NCBI GenBank assembly: GCA_963768485.1
Contig: CAVYHZ010000002.1
Coordinates: 1,284,902 to 1,348,901 of the forward strand
DNA from: an uncultured Pseudomonadota bacterium
GTDB taxonomy: Bacteria; Pseudomonadota; Gammaproteobacteria; Steroidobacterales; Steroidobacteraceae
Reading direction: 5' to 3'
Length of the DNA: 64,000 nucleotides
The position numbers were made by a program, and so were the translations under genes. Position 1 is the stretch's first letter, and every line of letters begins with the position of its first letter. Shown piece after piece: positions 54,547-64,000 of the stretch. Under the pieces are notes generated by a model, which did no database searches, was not told the origin of the DNA, and was given only the letters and a program-made list of their open reading frames with translations.

Positions 54547-55335
54547 TCAGGCGCCGGCGGGCTCCGCGGCGAGCTGGATACGGGTGCCGAGGGGGACGCA
54601 GAAGATGTCGATGGGATGCGAGCGTCCGCGCAGCTGCAACGGCGGCAGCGCGGTGGCGCCGATGTCGAGGCCCTGGCTGTCGAGCGAGCGCTTGAGGGTG
54701 CTCGAGAACAGCATCTCGCCGGCGCGGGCCCGCTGGCACAGCCGCGCGGCGATGTTCACCGTATCGCCGATGATCGTGTAGTTCATGTAGGCGGAGGAGC
54801 CGATGTTGCCGGCGACGACGTCGCCCTCGTTGATGCCGATGCCGAGGCCCGCCTCGACCCGGTAGCGCTCGCGCCACGCGCGCGACAGCTCGGCGAAGCG
54901 CGCCAGCATCTCGCGCGCCGCGCTCACCGCGCGCTGCGCGCTGTCGGACTGCTCGTGCGGCACGCCGAAACCGAGCATCAGGCAGTCACCCGCCATGTGA
55001 AACACGGTACCGTCGTACTTGAAGGTGATCTCGGTGAGCAGCGAGAAGAACTCGTTGAGGAGCGGCACGATGTGCTGCGCGTCGAGCTGCTCGGCGATGC
55101 CGGTGAAGCCGCGCAGGTCGGCGAACAGCACCACGGCATGGGCGCGCATTTCCACCGGCGCCACGGGCGCGAGCAGCGTGTCGCGCAGCTCCTGGTCCTC
55201 GAGGATCTTGTCGGCGACGCGCGGCGAGACGTAGCGGCGGAACGTCTGCCGCAGCGACTCTTCGCGGCGCCGGATATCGCTGCCCGCGCGCAACAGGGCC
55301 TCGATGCGGGCCCTGAGAGGCTCATCAACCGACAC
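54547..55335 (-). CDS. class III adenylate/guanylate cyclase domain protein
   Basis: 262-aa ORF starting at GTG. It has a short N-terminal helix and a CYC domain (VVLFADLRGFT, MAGDCLMLGFG, YTIIGDTVNIAARL). The stop lies 2 nt before the mfd start. Confidence 0.85.
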   Translation of the reverse strand: MSVDEPLRARIEALLRAGSDIRRREESLRQTFRRYVSPRVADKILEDQELRDTLLAPVAPVEMRAHAVVLFADLRGFTGIAEQLDAQHIVPLLNEFFSLLTEITFKYDGTVFHMAGDCLMLGFGVPHEQSDSAQRAVSAAREMLARFAELSRAWRERYRVEAGLGIGINEGDVVAGNIGSSAYMNYTIIGDTVNIAARLCQRARAGEMLFSSTLKRSLDSQGLDIGATALPPLQLRGRSHPIDIFCVPLGTRIQLAAEPAGA

Positions 55336-55425
55336 GTGATCCCCGATCTTCTGGTATTTGGCGCGGAGCCTACCATTGGCGCGTGGCGCGGTGCCAGCGC
55401 ACGGGGAAGGAGCGAGCGGCGCGTC

Positions 55426-55761
55426 TTAGGCGGACGGCGCCGGTGCGGCGCCGGGTGCCGCGGTGGCCTCGCCGGTGGCTACCGCGTGAATGACGCGGTC
55501 ACCTTCGAAGAACACCGCGAAGCCGCTGTAGTCCCAGCGCGTGATCGCCGGGCGGTGCGGGCTGCCGCCGCCGACTGCCGGATGGCGGGTCACCGGGGCG
55601 CCGAAGTGCTTCTCGACTTCGCTCATGGTGACGCCGCGCTTGGGACGATCGACCTGGGATTCGCGCACCTGCACCTGGTCGTTGACGACCACGGTGTCGG
55701 CGAGCGCGCTGCCGGCGACTGCGCAACCGCACAGGAGCGCCGCGAGAATTCGAGTCTGCAT
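55426..55761 (-). CDS. hypothetical exported protein
   Basis: 111-aa ORF with signal peptide MQTRILAALLCGCAVAGSALA/D and a conserved-looking PAITRWDYSGFAVFFEGDRVIHAV core. Family not recognised. Confidence 0.6.
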   Translation of the reverse strand: MQTRILAALLCGCAVAGSALADTVVVNDQVQVRESQVDRPKRGVTMSEVEKHFGAPVTRHPAVGGGSPHRPAITRWDYSGFAVFFEGDRVIHAVATGEATAAPGAAPAPSA

Positions 55762-55887
55762 GCGAGTTCCTCCGGTCCGGCGCGACTATAGCACCGCCCG
55801 CAATCTGTCAAAGCGGCCGCCCGGCTCGCGGCGCCCAATCTGTGACACAGGTCTGAAAAGCGGCTCATCTGTGGTTAAATCGCGACG

Positions 55888-57135
55888 ATGTTCCATCCGC
55901 TGCCGTTGTACGTCGGCCTGCGCTACGTGCGCGCGCGCTCGCACAAGTTCTTCGTCTCCTTCATCACCTGGGCGTCGCTCGTCGGGGTGTGCGTCGGGGT
56001 GGCGGCGCTCATCGTGATTCTCTCGGTGATGAACGGCTTCGAGAGCGAGCTGCGCGACCGGCTGCTGTCGCTCAGCGCCCAGGTGCGCGTGATCGCCGCG
56101 GGCGAGTCCGCCGCGGTCGATTGGCAGGACGCCGTGCGGCGCGCGCGCGCGGTCGCCGGCGTCGTGGATGCGACGGTGTACGCGGAGCTGCAGGCGCTCG
56201 CCGTACGCGACACGGAGATGCTGCCGGTGGTGCTGCGGGGCGTCGAGCCGCGCGACCCCGCTACCGTGCGCGAGCTCGGCACGGTCATCACCCACGGCCA
56301 GCTCACCGATCTGGTGCCGGGTTCGGGCCGGGTCATCGTCGGAGAGCTGATCGCCGAGCGCCTCGGCCTCGCGCGCGGCGAGCAGCTGACGCTCTTGGTG
56401 CCGACGCTGAGCGCTGACGGCACGCCGCAGGGGAAGCTGCGCAGCTTCACGGTGGCGGGGGTGTTCGAGGTGGGGCTGCAGGATCATGACGGCACTCTGG
56501 TGTTCGCTGCCTTAAGCGACGTGCGCTCGCTCCTGCCGCCGGGCGCGCTCGGGCAGGGGTTGAACGTGCGCGTCACCGATGCGCTCGCCGCCCCGGCAGT
56601 GGCGGCGCGGCTGCGCGCCGCGCTGCCGCAGGCCTACGAAGTGCGCGACTGGACGCAGGACAACGCCAACTACTTCCGCGCCATCCGCATCGAGAAGACC
56701 ATGATGTCGCTCATCCTGCTGCTGATCGTCGCGGTCGCCGCCTTCAACATCGTCGCCATGCTGGTGATGGTGGTGACCGACAAGCGCACCGACATCGCGA
56801 TCCTGCGCACCTTCGGGGCGGCGCCGCGCCGCGTGATGGGCATCTTCATCACCCAGGGGCTGGTGATCGGCTGGCTGGGGGTCGCGCTCGGCGTGGCGCT
56901 GGGCCTGGCGCTGGCGCTCAACGTCGAGACCATCGAGCCGTTCCTCGAGCGCACCTTCCACTTCCAGATCCTCGACTCGAACGTCTACTACAACAGTGTG
57001 ATCCCCTCCGAGGTGCACGCCGCCAACGTGGTGGCGATCGCCGCCGCGGCCCTGGTGCTCACGACGCTCGCCACCATCTACCCGGCGCTGCGCGCGGCGC
57101 GCACCGCGCCCGCCGAAGCGCTGCGCTACGAGTAA
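55888..57135 (+). CDS. lolC: lipoprotein-releasing ABC transporter permease (LolC/LolE family)
   Basis: 415-aa ORF with a MacB/FtsX-type topology: YVGLRYVRAR N-terminus, a large periplasmic loop and a C-terminal FtsX domain ending APAEALRYE. Confidence 0.85.
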   Translation: MFHPLPLYVGLRYVRARSHKFFVSFITWASLVGVCVGVAALIVILSVMNGFESELRDRLLSLSAQVRVIAAGESAAVDWQDAVRRARAVAGVVDATVYAELQALAVRDTEMLPVVLRGVEPRDPATVRELGTVITHGQLTDLVPGSGRVIVGELIAERLGLARGEQLTLLVPTLSADGTPQGKLRSFTVAGVFEVGLQDHDGTLVFAALSDVRSLLPPGALGQGLNVRVTDALAAPAVAARLRAALPQAYEVRDWTQDNANYFRAIRIEKTMMSLILLLIVAVAAFNIVAMLVMVVTDKRTDIAILRTFGAAPRRVMGIFITQGLVIGWLGVALGVALGLALALNVETIEPFLERTFHFQILDSNVYYNSVIPSEVHAANVVAIAAAALVLTTLATIYPALRAARTAPAEALRYE

Positions 57136-57137
57136 GC

Positions 57138-58388
57138 ATGGCGGCCACTCCCTACGAATGGCTGATCGGCACGCGCTACCTGCGCTCGGCGCACCGGCGC
57201 GGCTTCGTGTCGTTCGTGGCGCTGATGTCGGTGTGCGGCCTGACGCTCGGGGTGGCGACGCTCATCGTGGTGCTCTCGGTCATGAACGGCTTCGAGCGCG
57301 AGCTGCGCAGCCGCATCCTCGCCGTCACTTCGCACGCCGAGCTCACCGGCACGTCGGGCCCGCTCGCCGACTGGCGTACGCTCGCCGCGCGCGCCCGGCG
57401 CCAGAGCGGCGTCGCGGCGGCGGTGCCCTATGTCGAGAGTCAGGCGATGCTCGCCAACGGCACCGCCATGGCCGGCGCCACGGTGCGCGGGGTGCTGCCG
57501 CAGGAGGAGCGCTCGGCCACGGGTCTCGCGCAGCGCGTGACCGAGGGGCGCCTGGCGGACCTCGCGCCGGGGGGCTACGGCATCATCCTCGGCAGCGCGC
57601 TCGCGCACGAGCTCGGCGCGCACCTCGGCGGCACCGTGGTGGTGATCGCTCCGCAGGGCACGGCCACCCCGACCGGGGTGGTACCGCGCATGCGCCGTTT
57701 CCGCGTGGTGGGCATCTTTTCCTCGGGGATGTATGAATACGACCGGGGGCTGGCGCTCACCGAGATGTCGGACGCGGCACGTCTGTTCCGGCTCGGTGAG
57801 GGCGTCACGGGGCTGCGCCTCGCGCTCACCGAGCCGCTGCGCGCGCCGGAGGTGGCGGTGCGCGTGGCGCGCGCGCTCGGCGGCGACTTCTACGTGAGCG
57901 ACTGGACACAGAACCACGCCAACTTCTTCCGCTCCATCGAGATCACCAAGTCGATGATGTTCGTGATCCTGCTCATGCTGGTGGCGGTCGCCGCCTTCAA
58001 CATCGTCGCGACGCTGGTGATGATCGTGAAGGACAAGCAGACCGACATCGCCATCCTGCGCACGCTCGGCGCGGCGCCACGCAACGTGCTCGCGACGTTC
58101 GCCGTGCAGGGCGTGCTGATCGGGCTTGCCGGCACCGTGCTCGGGGCGGGCCTCGGCACGCTCCTGTCCGACAACCTCGAGACCCTCGTCGGCGCGCTCG
58201 AGCGGCTGACCGGCGTCAAGTTCATCGACGCCAGTGTCTACTACCTGAGCGACCTGCCCGCGTACGTCGAGTGGCCGGACGTGCTCAGAATCTGCGGGGT
58301 GGCGTTCCTCCTGTGCATCCTCGCCACCATCTACCCGGCATGGCGCGCGGCCCGCACCGCGCCCGCGGAGGCGTTACGGCATGAATGA
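57138..58388 (+). CDS. lolE: lipoprotein-releasing ABC transporter permease (LolC/LolE family, second copy)
   Basis: 416-aa paralogue of the preceding gene (IGTRYLRSA..., ...APAEALRHE). Confidence 0.8.
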   Translation: MAATPYEWLIGTRYLRSAHRRGFVSFVALMSVCGLTLGVATLIVVLSVMNGFERELRSRILAVTSHAELTGTSGPLADWRTLAARARRQSGVAAAVPYVESQAMLANGTAMAGATVRGVLPQEERSATGLAQRVTEGRLADLAPGGYGIILGSALAHELGAHLGGTVVVIAPQGTATPTGVVPRMRRFRVVGIFSSGMYEYDRGLALTEMSDAARLFRLGEGVTGLRLALTEPLRAPEVAVRVARALGGDFYVSDWTQNHANFFRSIEITKSMMFVILLMLVAVAAFNIVATLVMIVKDKQTDIAILRTLGAAPRNVLATFAVQGVLIGLAGTVLGAGLGTLLSDNLETLVGALERLTGVKFIDASVYYLSDLPAYVEWPDVLRICGVAFLLCILATIYPAWRAARTAPAEALRHE

Positions 58389-59064
58389 GCAGGTTCTCCA
58401 GGCGCGTGAGGTCACCAAGACCTTTCGCCAGGGGCCCGAGCTGCTGTCGGTGCTGCAGGGCGTATCGCTCGCGGTGGCGGCGGGCGAGCGGGTGGCGATC
58501 GTCGGCGCCTCGGGCTCGGGCAAGACTACGCTGCTGCAGATACTCGGCGGGCTGGATGCGCCGAGCGGCGGCGCGGTGCTGATCGCCGGGCGCGACATTC
58601 ACGCGCTCGGCGAGCGCGAGCGCGGCGCGTTGCGCAACCGGGCACTCGGCTTCGTCTACCAGTTCCATCACCTGCTGCCGGAGTTCTCGGCGCTGGAGAA
58701 CGTGGCGATGCCGCTGCTGGTGCGGCGCACGCCGGTGGCGGTGGCACGCGCCGCGGCCCGCAACCTCCTCGAGCGCGTGGGTCTCGGCGCGCGCCTCACG
58801 CACCGGCCGCATCAGCTCTCGGGCGGCGAGCGGCAGCGCGCGGCGGTGGCGCGCGCGCTGGTGACCGAGCCGCGGCTGGTGCTGGCGGACGAGCCGACCG
58901 GCAACCTCGACGGCGTCAACGCCGAGAGCGTCTTCGCGCTGATGCTCGAGTTGAACCGTGAGCGCGGCACCAGCCTCGTGATCGTGACGCACGACCTGCG
59001 GCTCGCGCACCGCATGGAGCGCGTCTTCGAGCTCACCAACGGGACGCTCGCGGAGCGCCGCTAG
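58381..59064 (+). CDS. lolD: lipoprotein-releasing system ATP-binding protein LolD
   Basis: Walker [20 protein letters not shown] signature and Walker [13 protein letters not shown]. Confidence 0.92.
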   Translation: MNEQVLQAREVTKTFRQGPELLSVLQGVSLAVAAGERVAIVGASGSGKTTLLQILGGLDAPSGGAVLIAGRDIHALGERERGALRNRALGFVYQFHHLLPEFSALENVAMPLLVRRTPVAVARAAARNLLERVGLGARLTHRPHQLSGGERQRAAVARALVTEPRLVLADEPTGNLDGVNAESVFALMLELNRERGTSLVIVTHDLRLAHRMERVFELTNGTLAERR

Positions 59065-59579
59065 GGGGGCAGGGCGCGGCGCGTTCGGTAGCGGCTGGCG
59101 ACCTGCCAGCGCCATACCAGCTCGAGCACTATCCAGCCGAGCACCGAGGTCGCGACGGCGCACACCAGGCAGCCCACCAGGAACGGCTGCCAGACCGGCG
59201 CGAGTCCGTAGCGCAGCCACTTCCAGTCGGCGACGAAGCGGAAGTGGTGGGGCGGAACCGCGAGGATCGCCACGCCTACGCGGTAGGCGAAGTAGTAGAG
59301 CGGCACCAGCGAGAAGGGATTCGCGAGCAGCCAGGTGGTCCCGTACACCACCGGCAGGTTGATCCGCCAGAAGAGCGCCACGATCACGGCGAGCAGCAGG
59401 TGCACCGGCAGCGGCACGAACGAGATGGCGAGGCCGGCCCCGAAGGCGTAGGTGACCGCCCGCCGGTGCAGCGTCCACAGCTGCGGGTCGGCGATGCGCT
59501 CGCCACAGATCCGCACCGGCCAGCGCTCGAGCAGGGTGTGGGGAGCCGGGAGGATTTTTTTCAGCAGCCGGCGCGGCAT
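59061..59579 (-). CDS. DUF2062 domain membrane protein
   Basis: 172 aa from ATG 59579 ([11 protein letters not shown]...), with several TM helices. It is the 3' part of a longer spurious ORF that runs antisense through exbB. Confidence 0.7.
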   Translation of the reverse strand: MPRRLLKKILPAPHTLLERWPVRICGERIADPQLWTLHRRAVTYAFGAGLAISFVPLPVHLLLAVIVALFWRINLPVVYGTTWLLANPFSLVPLYYFAYRVGVAILAVPPHHFRFVADWKWLRYGLAPVWQPFLVGCLVCAVATSVLGWIVLELVWRWQVASRYRTRRALPP

Positions 59580-59684
59580 CGGGACCGGGGACTCTACCAG
59601 AAGCCCCGGCGCGGGGAGTGTGCCGCGGTTCCGGTATGATTGCCGCTGGCATAACCAGCCGTGCCGGTGCCTGGGGCGTTCAGA

Positions 59685-60293
59685 ATGTGGGAAATAGTGC
59701 GGGCCGGCGGCCCGCTGATGTGGCCGATCATTCTGTGCTCGATCGTCGCAGCGGCCATCATTCTCGAGCGCCTGTGGACGCTGCAGGACAAGCGGGTGCT
59801 GCCGCGCGAGCTGCCGCAGAAGGTCTGGCAGCTCATCGAGGCGAATCAGGTCACCGACAAGGTGATCGCCGGTCTCGAGCAGAACTCCCCGCTCGGGCGC
59901 CTGCTGGCCACCGGACTTGCGAACCGTCACCGGCCGCGCGAGATCCTCATGGAGCGGCTCGAGGACACGGGACGCCACGTGGTGCACGAGCTCGAGCGCT
60001 TCCTGAACACGCTCGGCACCATCGCCGGCATCGCGCCGCTCCTCGGCCTCCTCGGCACGGTGACCGGCATCATCCGCTCCTTCAACGCCATCGAGGCGGG
60101 CGGCATGGGCGACCCGCGCGCGCTCTCGGGCGGCATCGCCGAGGCGCTCATCTGCACGGTCGCGGGACTGTGTGTCGCGATCCCCGCGCTCATCTTCTAT
60201 CGTTACCTGCGCGGCCGGGTCGAGGGCATCGTGGTCGATATGGAGAAGCAGGCGATCCGCATGGCGGATGCGCTCGAGGCGGCCCGCCCTTAG
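59685..60293 (+). CDS. exbB: MotA/TolQ/ExbB proton-channel family protein
   Basis: MWPIILCSIVAAAIILER TM1 and LGLLGTVTGII...GGIAEALICTVAGL conserved TM2/3. The alternative start is GTG 59661. Confidence 0.88.
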   Translation: MWEIVRAGGPLMWPIILCSIVAAAIILERLWTLQDKRVLPRELPQKVWQLIEANQVTDKVIAGLEQNSPLGRLLATGLANRHRPREILMERLEDTGRHVVHELERFLNTLGTIAGIAPLLGLLGTVTGIIRSFNAIEAGGMGDPRALSGGIAEALICTVAGLCVAIPALIFYRYLRGRVEGIVVDMEKQAIRMADALEAARP

Positions 60294-60303
60294 GACCGAA
60301 GCT

Positions 60304-60738
60304 GTGAACCTGAGGCCGCGCCGCACACTCGAGGAACCGGAGATCAACGTCGTCTCGCTGATCGACGTGGTGCTGCTGCTGGTGGTGTTCTTCATCCTCT
60401 CGAGCCGCTTCACCGACGAAGGAAGGCTGCGTGTGCACCTGCCGCACGCCAGCGCCGTGCCCACCGAGCGCGTTGGCAGCGAGCCCATGGTCGTGAGCGT
60501 CACCGAGGCTGGCGGCTATCTCGTCAACCAGCACGAGCTCATCAACTCGAGCCCCGAGACGCTGCGCGCGGCGCTGCTCAAGGAGGCCGGCACCAGCCGC
60601 AATATGCCGGTCACGCTGCGCGCCGACGCTCGTGCCACTCACCAGTCCGTCATCACCGCCATGGATGTGCTCGGCCGGCTCGGCTTCGCCGAGATCAACG
60701 TCGCCACCGTCAAGGAAGAGGCGGCGGTCAAGCCTTGA
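60304..60738 (+). CDS. exbD: biopolymer transport protein ExbD/TolR
   Basis: GTG start. INVVSLIDVVLLLVVFF TM and a periplasmic ExbD domain. Confidence 0.88.
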   Translation: MNLRPRRTLEEPEINVVSLIDVVLLLVVFFILSSRFTDEGRLRVHLPHASAVPTERVGSEPMVVSVTEAGGYLVNQHELINSSPETLRAALLKEAGTSRNMPVTLRADARATHQSVITAMDVLGRLGFAEINVATVKEEAAVKP

Positions 60739-62549
60739 ACGACCAGCGCTCCCCGGCCGGCGCGCGCGCGGCGAGCTCCGCGCCCGGCGCCGACGGCGGC
60801 TGGGATGCCTACCGGCGTCTGCTCGGCTACGTGCGGCCCCACCGCGGCCACTTCATCCTCGGGGTACTGGGAGCGATCCTGTACTCGGCGACCATGGCGA
60901 GCTTCGCACTGCTCGCCAAGGTATTCGGCGACGGTACGTTCACGCAGCGCGATCCGCGCACCATCGTATGGATTCCGGTGGCGGTGGTGGCGCTGTTCTT
61001 CCTGCGCGGCCTGGGCGATTTCACCCAGACGTATTTCATGGGTTACGTCGGCCGGCAGATCGTCGCGCGGCTGCGCAGCCAGGTGTTCCGCCGCATCCTG
61101 GATCTGCCGCTCGGCTTCTTCGACCGCAACTCCTCGGGGGTGCTGCTGTCGCGCCTCACTTTCAACACCGAGCAGATCGGACAGGCGACGACTGACTCGG
61201 TGGTCGTGGTGGTGCGCACCGCGCTCACCATCGCCGCCTCGGTCGCCCTGCTGCTGTGGCTCAACGCGCGCCTGGCGCTGCTGGCGCTCACCATGGGCCC
61301 CCTGGTGGGCTGGCTGGTCTCGGTGATCAACCAGAAGTTCCGCCGCTACAGCCGCCGTATCCAGGATTCGATGGGCGATGTCACGCGGGTGGCCAAGGAA
61401 AGCTTCGAGGCGCCGCGCCTCATCAAGGTCTACAACGCCCAGGGGCATCTCGCGCAGCAGTTCGACGCCGTCAACGAGCACAACCGCCGTTCGAACATGA
61501 AGCTGGTCCTCACCAAGGGTCTCTCGAACCCGGTGGTGCAGCTGCTCACCGCGATCGGGCTCGCCGTCGTGCTGTCGATCGCGATCGCCGATGCCGTACG
61601 CGGCCGCACCTCCATGGGCGATCTGCTGGCCTTCTTCACGGCGCTGGTGAGCATCGCACAACCGCTGCGCGATCTGGTGGGAGTCGCCGGCCCGCTGCAG
61701 CAGGGCATCGCCGGCGGCCAGAGCATGTTCCAGCTGCTCGATGAGCCGCCCGAGCCGCAGGGCGGGACCCTGCGCGCCGCGCGGGTGCGCGGTGCGGTCG
61801 AGTTCCGCGCAGTGTCCTTCGCCTATGCGAGCGGCAACCACGGCGCCGGCAGTGCGCCTGCGCCCGGACGTCCGGCGGCACTCGAGAACGTCTCCCTCAA
61901 GGTGGCCGCCGGCGAGAGCCTCGCGATCGTCGGGCGCTCGGGGAGCGGGAAGTCGACCCTGGTGAATCTCCTGCCGCGCTTCTATGACGTGCGCTCCGGC
62001 AGCGTGAGCATCGACGGGCACGACGTGCGCGAGTACGAGCTGCGCTCGCTCCGCGAGCAGATCGCGGTCGTCAGCCAGGACGTCGTGCTGTTCGACGACA
62101 CCATCCGCAACAACATCGCCTTCGGACGCGACGTTCCGGATGCGGCGATCGAGCGTGCCGCGGAGGCCGCCCACATCCTCGAGTACATCCGCGCGCAGCC
62201 GGGGGGGCTCGATGCGCTGGTGGGGGATCGCGGCATGCTGCTCTCCGGCGGGCAGCGCCAGCGCATTGCCATCGCGCGCGCGCTCCTCAAGGACGCGCCG
62301 ATCCTGATCCTGGATGAGGCGACCTCGGCGCTCGACACCGAGGCCGAGCGCCACATCCAGGCGGCGCTCGCGCAGCTGCTGCGCGACCGCACCACCTTCG
62401 TGATCGCGCACCGCCTGTCGACCGTCGAGCGCGCCGATCGCATCCTGGTGCTCGATAACGGCGTGATCGCCGAGCAGGGCACGCACGCGGAGCTGCTGGC
62501 GCGCGGCGGCCTGTACGGCAGGCTGCACCAGCTGCAGTTCTCCGACTGA
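60735..62549 (+). CDS. msbA: lipid A export ATP-binding/permease protein MsbA
   Basis: 604-aa ORF with a six-TM ABC exporter domain and an NBD (GRSGSGKST, LSGGQRQRIAIARAL, ILILDEATSALD). Lies in msbA-lpxK-kdsB synteny. Confidence 0.92.
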   Translation: MNDQRSPAGARAASSAPGADGGWDAYRRLLGYVRPHRGHFILGVLGAILYSATMASFALLAKVFGDGTFTQRDPRTIVWIPVAVVALFFLRGLGDFTQTYFMGYVGRQIVARLRSQVFRRILDLPLGFFDRNSSGVLLSRLTFNTEQIGQATTDSVVVVVRTALTIAASVALLLWLNARLALLALTMGPLVGWLVSVINQKFRRYSRRIQDSMGDVTRVAKESFEAPRLIKVYNAQGHLAQQFDAVNEHNRRSNMKLVLTKGLSNPVVQLLTAIGLAVVLSIAIADAVRGRTSMGDLLAFFTALVSIAQPLRDLVGVAGPLQQGIAGGQSMFQLLDEPPEPQGGTLRAARVRGAVEFRAVSFAYASGNHGAGSAPAPGRPAALENVSLKVAAGESLAIVGRSGSGKSTLVNLLPRFYDVRSGSVSIDGHDVREYELRSLREQIAVVSQDVVLFDDTIRNNIAFGRDVPDAAIERAAEAAHILEYIRAQPGGLDALVGDRGMLLSGGQRQRIAIARALLKDAPILILDEATSALDTEAERHIQAALAQLLRDRTTFVIAHRLSTVERADRILVLDNGVIAEQGTHAELLARGGLYGRLHQLQFSD

Positions 62550-62563
62550 GGAGGCTACCTGCG

Positions 62564-63583
62564 GTGCAGCGGCTCGAGCGACTTTGGTATGCGGACGCCG
62601 CGGGCTCCTCGCTCCTCGCCCCGCTCGGCTGGATCTACGGGGCGCTCGGCGCAGCGCGCCGCGGCGCGTATCGCGCGGGGCTGCTGCGCCCGCGGCGCCT
62701 GGCGCGTCCGGTGGTGGTGGTCGGCAACCTCACCGTCGGCGGCACCGGCAAGACGCCGCTCACGATCTACCTGGCGCGCGAGCTCGGTGCCGCCGGGCTC
62801 AAAGTGGGTATCGTCTCGCGCGGTTACGGGCGGCAGGGGCGCGAAGCGCGCGCGGTGCAGGCGGACTCGGACTGGCGCGACGTGGGCGATGAGCCGTTGC
62901 TGCTGGTGCGCCGCACCGGGTGCCCCACCATGGTGGCGGCCGACCGCGTGGCAGCCGCCCGCACGCTCATCGCGCGCGGCGCCGAGGTCATCCTCGCGGA
63001 CGACGGGCTGCAGCATCTGCGGCTCGGGCGCGACTGCCAGATCGTGGTGATCGACGGCAGCCGCGGCTTCGGCAACGGCCGGCTGTTGCCGGCGGGGCCG
63101 CTGCGCGAGCCGGCCGCGGGCCTCGCGCGCGCGGATTTCGTCGTGGTGAACGGCGAGCCGCTGCACGGTTCGCTCGGCGGCGGCGTGCTGCCGGCAGGCG
63201 CGCTGCGCATGCAGCTCGTGTCGCAGCCCGCCGTGCGGCTCGACGGCCGCGGGCTCGCCTGCGAGCTCGGTGCCTTCCGCGGCCGGCGCGTGCACGCGGT
63301 GGCCGGTATCGGCAATCCGCAGCGCTTCTTCCGCGAGCTCGCCGGGCGCGGCATCGAGGTGATCGAGCACCCCTTTCCCGACCATCATCCCTTCACCGCG
63401 CACGAGCTCGCCTTCGGCGACGAGCTGCCGGTCCTCATGACGGAGAAGGATGCCGTAAAATGCGCGCCGTTCGCCAACGCGCGGCTGTGGTACGTGCCGG
63501 TGAGCGCGGTCTTCAGCGACGGTGATGCGCTCAAGCTGCGTGCCGGACTGCTCGGCAGGCTGCGCGGCGCACCCGGAGGTTAG
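62564..63583 (+). CDS. lpxK: tetraacyldisaccharide 4'-kinase
   Basis: GTG start after GGAGG. P-loop [15 protein letters not shown] and SRGYG motif. Confidence 0.93.
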   Translation: MQRLERLWYADAAGSSLLAPLGWIYGALGAARRGAYRAGLLRPRRLARPVVVVGNLTVGGTGKTPLTIYLARELGAAGLKVGIVSRGYGRQGREARAVQADSDWRDVGDEPLLLVRRTGCPTMVAADRVAAARTLIARGAEVILADDGLQHLRLGRDCQIVVIDGSRGFGNGRLLPAGPLREPAAGLARADFVVVNGEPLHGSLGGGVLPAGALRMQLVSQPAVRLDGRGLACELGAFRGRRVHAVAGIGNPQRFFRELAGRGIEVIEHPFPDHHPFTAHELAFGDELPVLMTEKDAVKCAPFANARLWYVPVSAVFSDGDALKLRAGLLGRLRGAPGG

Positions 63584-63590
63584 AACTGCG

Positions 63591-63779
63591 ATGGATCCCC
63601 GACTGCTCGAGATACTCGCCTGCCCCGTGTGCAAGGGAACGCTCAAGTACCAGCGCGAGGCGCAGCTGCTCGTGTGCCGCATGGACCGCCTCGCGTTTCC
63701 GGTCCGCGACGACGTGCCGGTGATGCTGGAGGAGGAGGCCCGCCAGCTCGCCGCCGACGACCCGCTGCTCGAGCGCTGA
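63591..63779 (+). CDS. ycaR: Trm112/YcaR (UPF0434) family small protein
   Basis: 62-aa ORF with [12 protein letters not shown] and [11 protein letters not shown] motifs. Lies between lpxK and kdsB. Confidence 0.88.
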   Translation: MDPRLLEILACPVCKGTLKYQREAQLLVCRMDRLAFPVRDDVPVMLEEEARQLAADDPLLER

Positions 63780-63789
63780 AGACTCAAGC

Positions 63790-64000
63790 GTGTTCCGCGT
63801 CGTCATCCCTGCGCGCTACGCCTCGGTGCGCCTGCCCGGCAAGGCGCTGCTGCCGCTCGCCGGCAAGCCGCTGGTGCAGTGGGTGTACGAGCGCGCCCGC
63901 GCCACCGGTGCCGCCGAAGTGCTGATCGCTACGGACGATGCGCGCATCGCCGCGGCGGCGCGCGCCTTCGGCGCCGAGGCGGTGATGACCGCCGCAAGCC
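63790..64000 (+). CDS. kdsB: 3-deoxy-manno-octulosonate cytidylyltransferase (CMP-KDO synthetase), 3' truncated by window end
   Basis: My translation from GTG 63790 reads [36 protein letters not shown]...VLIATDD, a KdsB N-terminal signature. It is open to the window edge. Confidence 0.88.
   Translation, partial: MFRVVIPARYASVRLPGKALLPLAGKPLVQWVYERARATGAAEVLIATDDARIAAAARAFGAEAVMTAAS

Noticed and set aside
59580-59684. Possible loss of comEC between the DUF2062 gene and exbB. I recall lolCDE-DUF2062-comEC-exbBD-lpxK-kdsB in Pseudomonas.
   Set aside because: This rests only on my memory of synteny in one other genus. No pseudogene remnant is visible in the 105-bp gap, so nothing in this sequence supports a deletion event.

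Overview
This is a high-GC (roughly 70% by eye) gammaproteobacterial chromosome segment whose gene order resembles Xanthomonadales/Nevskiales. It is almost entirely conserved housekeeping genes, many joined by 4-nt start/stop overlaps. On the + strand: dxr-rseP-bamA-skp-lpxD-fabZ-lpxA-lpxB-rnhB-dnaE-accA-tilS-pyrG-kdsA-eno-ftsB-ispD-ispF-truD, then an antisense smr, then surE-pcm. A DUF498 gene (-) is followed by an RpfE-like gene, recJ, prfB (with its programmed +1 frameshift) and lysS. A minus-strand ygfZ-gfa-lipoprotein operon precedes DUF1674-sdhCDAB-sdhE. Next come rpoE-rseA-rseB-DUF836 and lepA-lepB-DUF4845-rnc-era-recO-pdxJ-acpS-exonuclease-rlmD-nagZ-(LOV-like/degenerate GGDEF). A minus-strand cyclase-mfd-CsiV-like operon follows, then lolC-lolE-lolD, DUF2062 (-), and exbB-exbD-msbA-lpxK-ycaR-kdsB (3' partial). 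I found no rRNA, tRNA, CRISPR array, transposase, integrase or recognisable defence/toxin cassette, and no multi-gene novel system. The signals not explained by the genes are these. (1) A 399-bp low-GC non-coding gap after pcm contains a canonical terminator followed by a candidate ~190-nt structured RNA: a 27-35 bp closing helix around two (ARN)6 tracts. (2) Two tandem 85-nt REP-like hairpin repeats lie between pyrG and kdsA. (3) dnaE carries three indels as assembled: one compensated pair and one uncompensated +1. (4) tilS has no canonical start codon. (5) A LOV-like PAS domain lacking the photoactive Cys is fused to a degenerate GGDEF domain that keeps an RxxD site, and its gene is translationally coupled to nagZ. 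(6) A small class III nucleotidyl cyclase sits directly upstream of mfd. All coordinates, pairings and counts were made by hand from the sequence. No database search was run.
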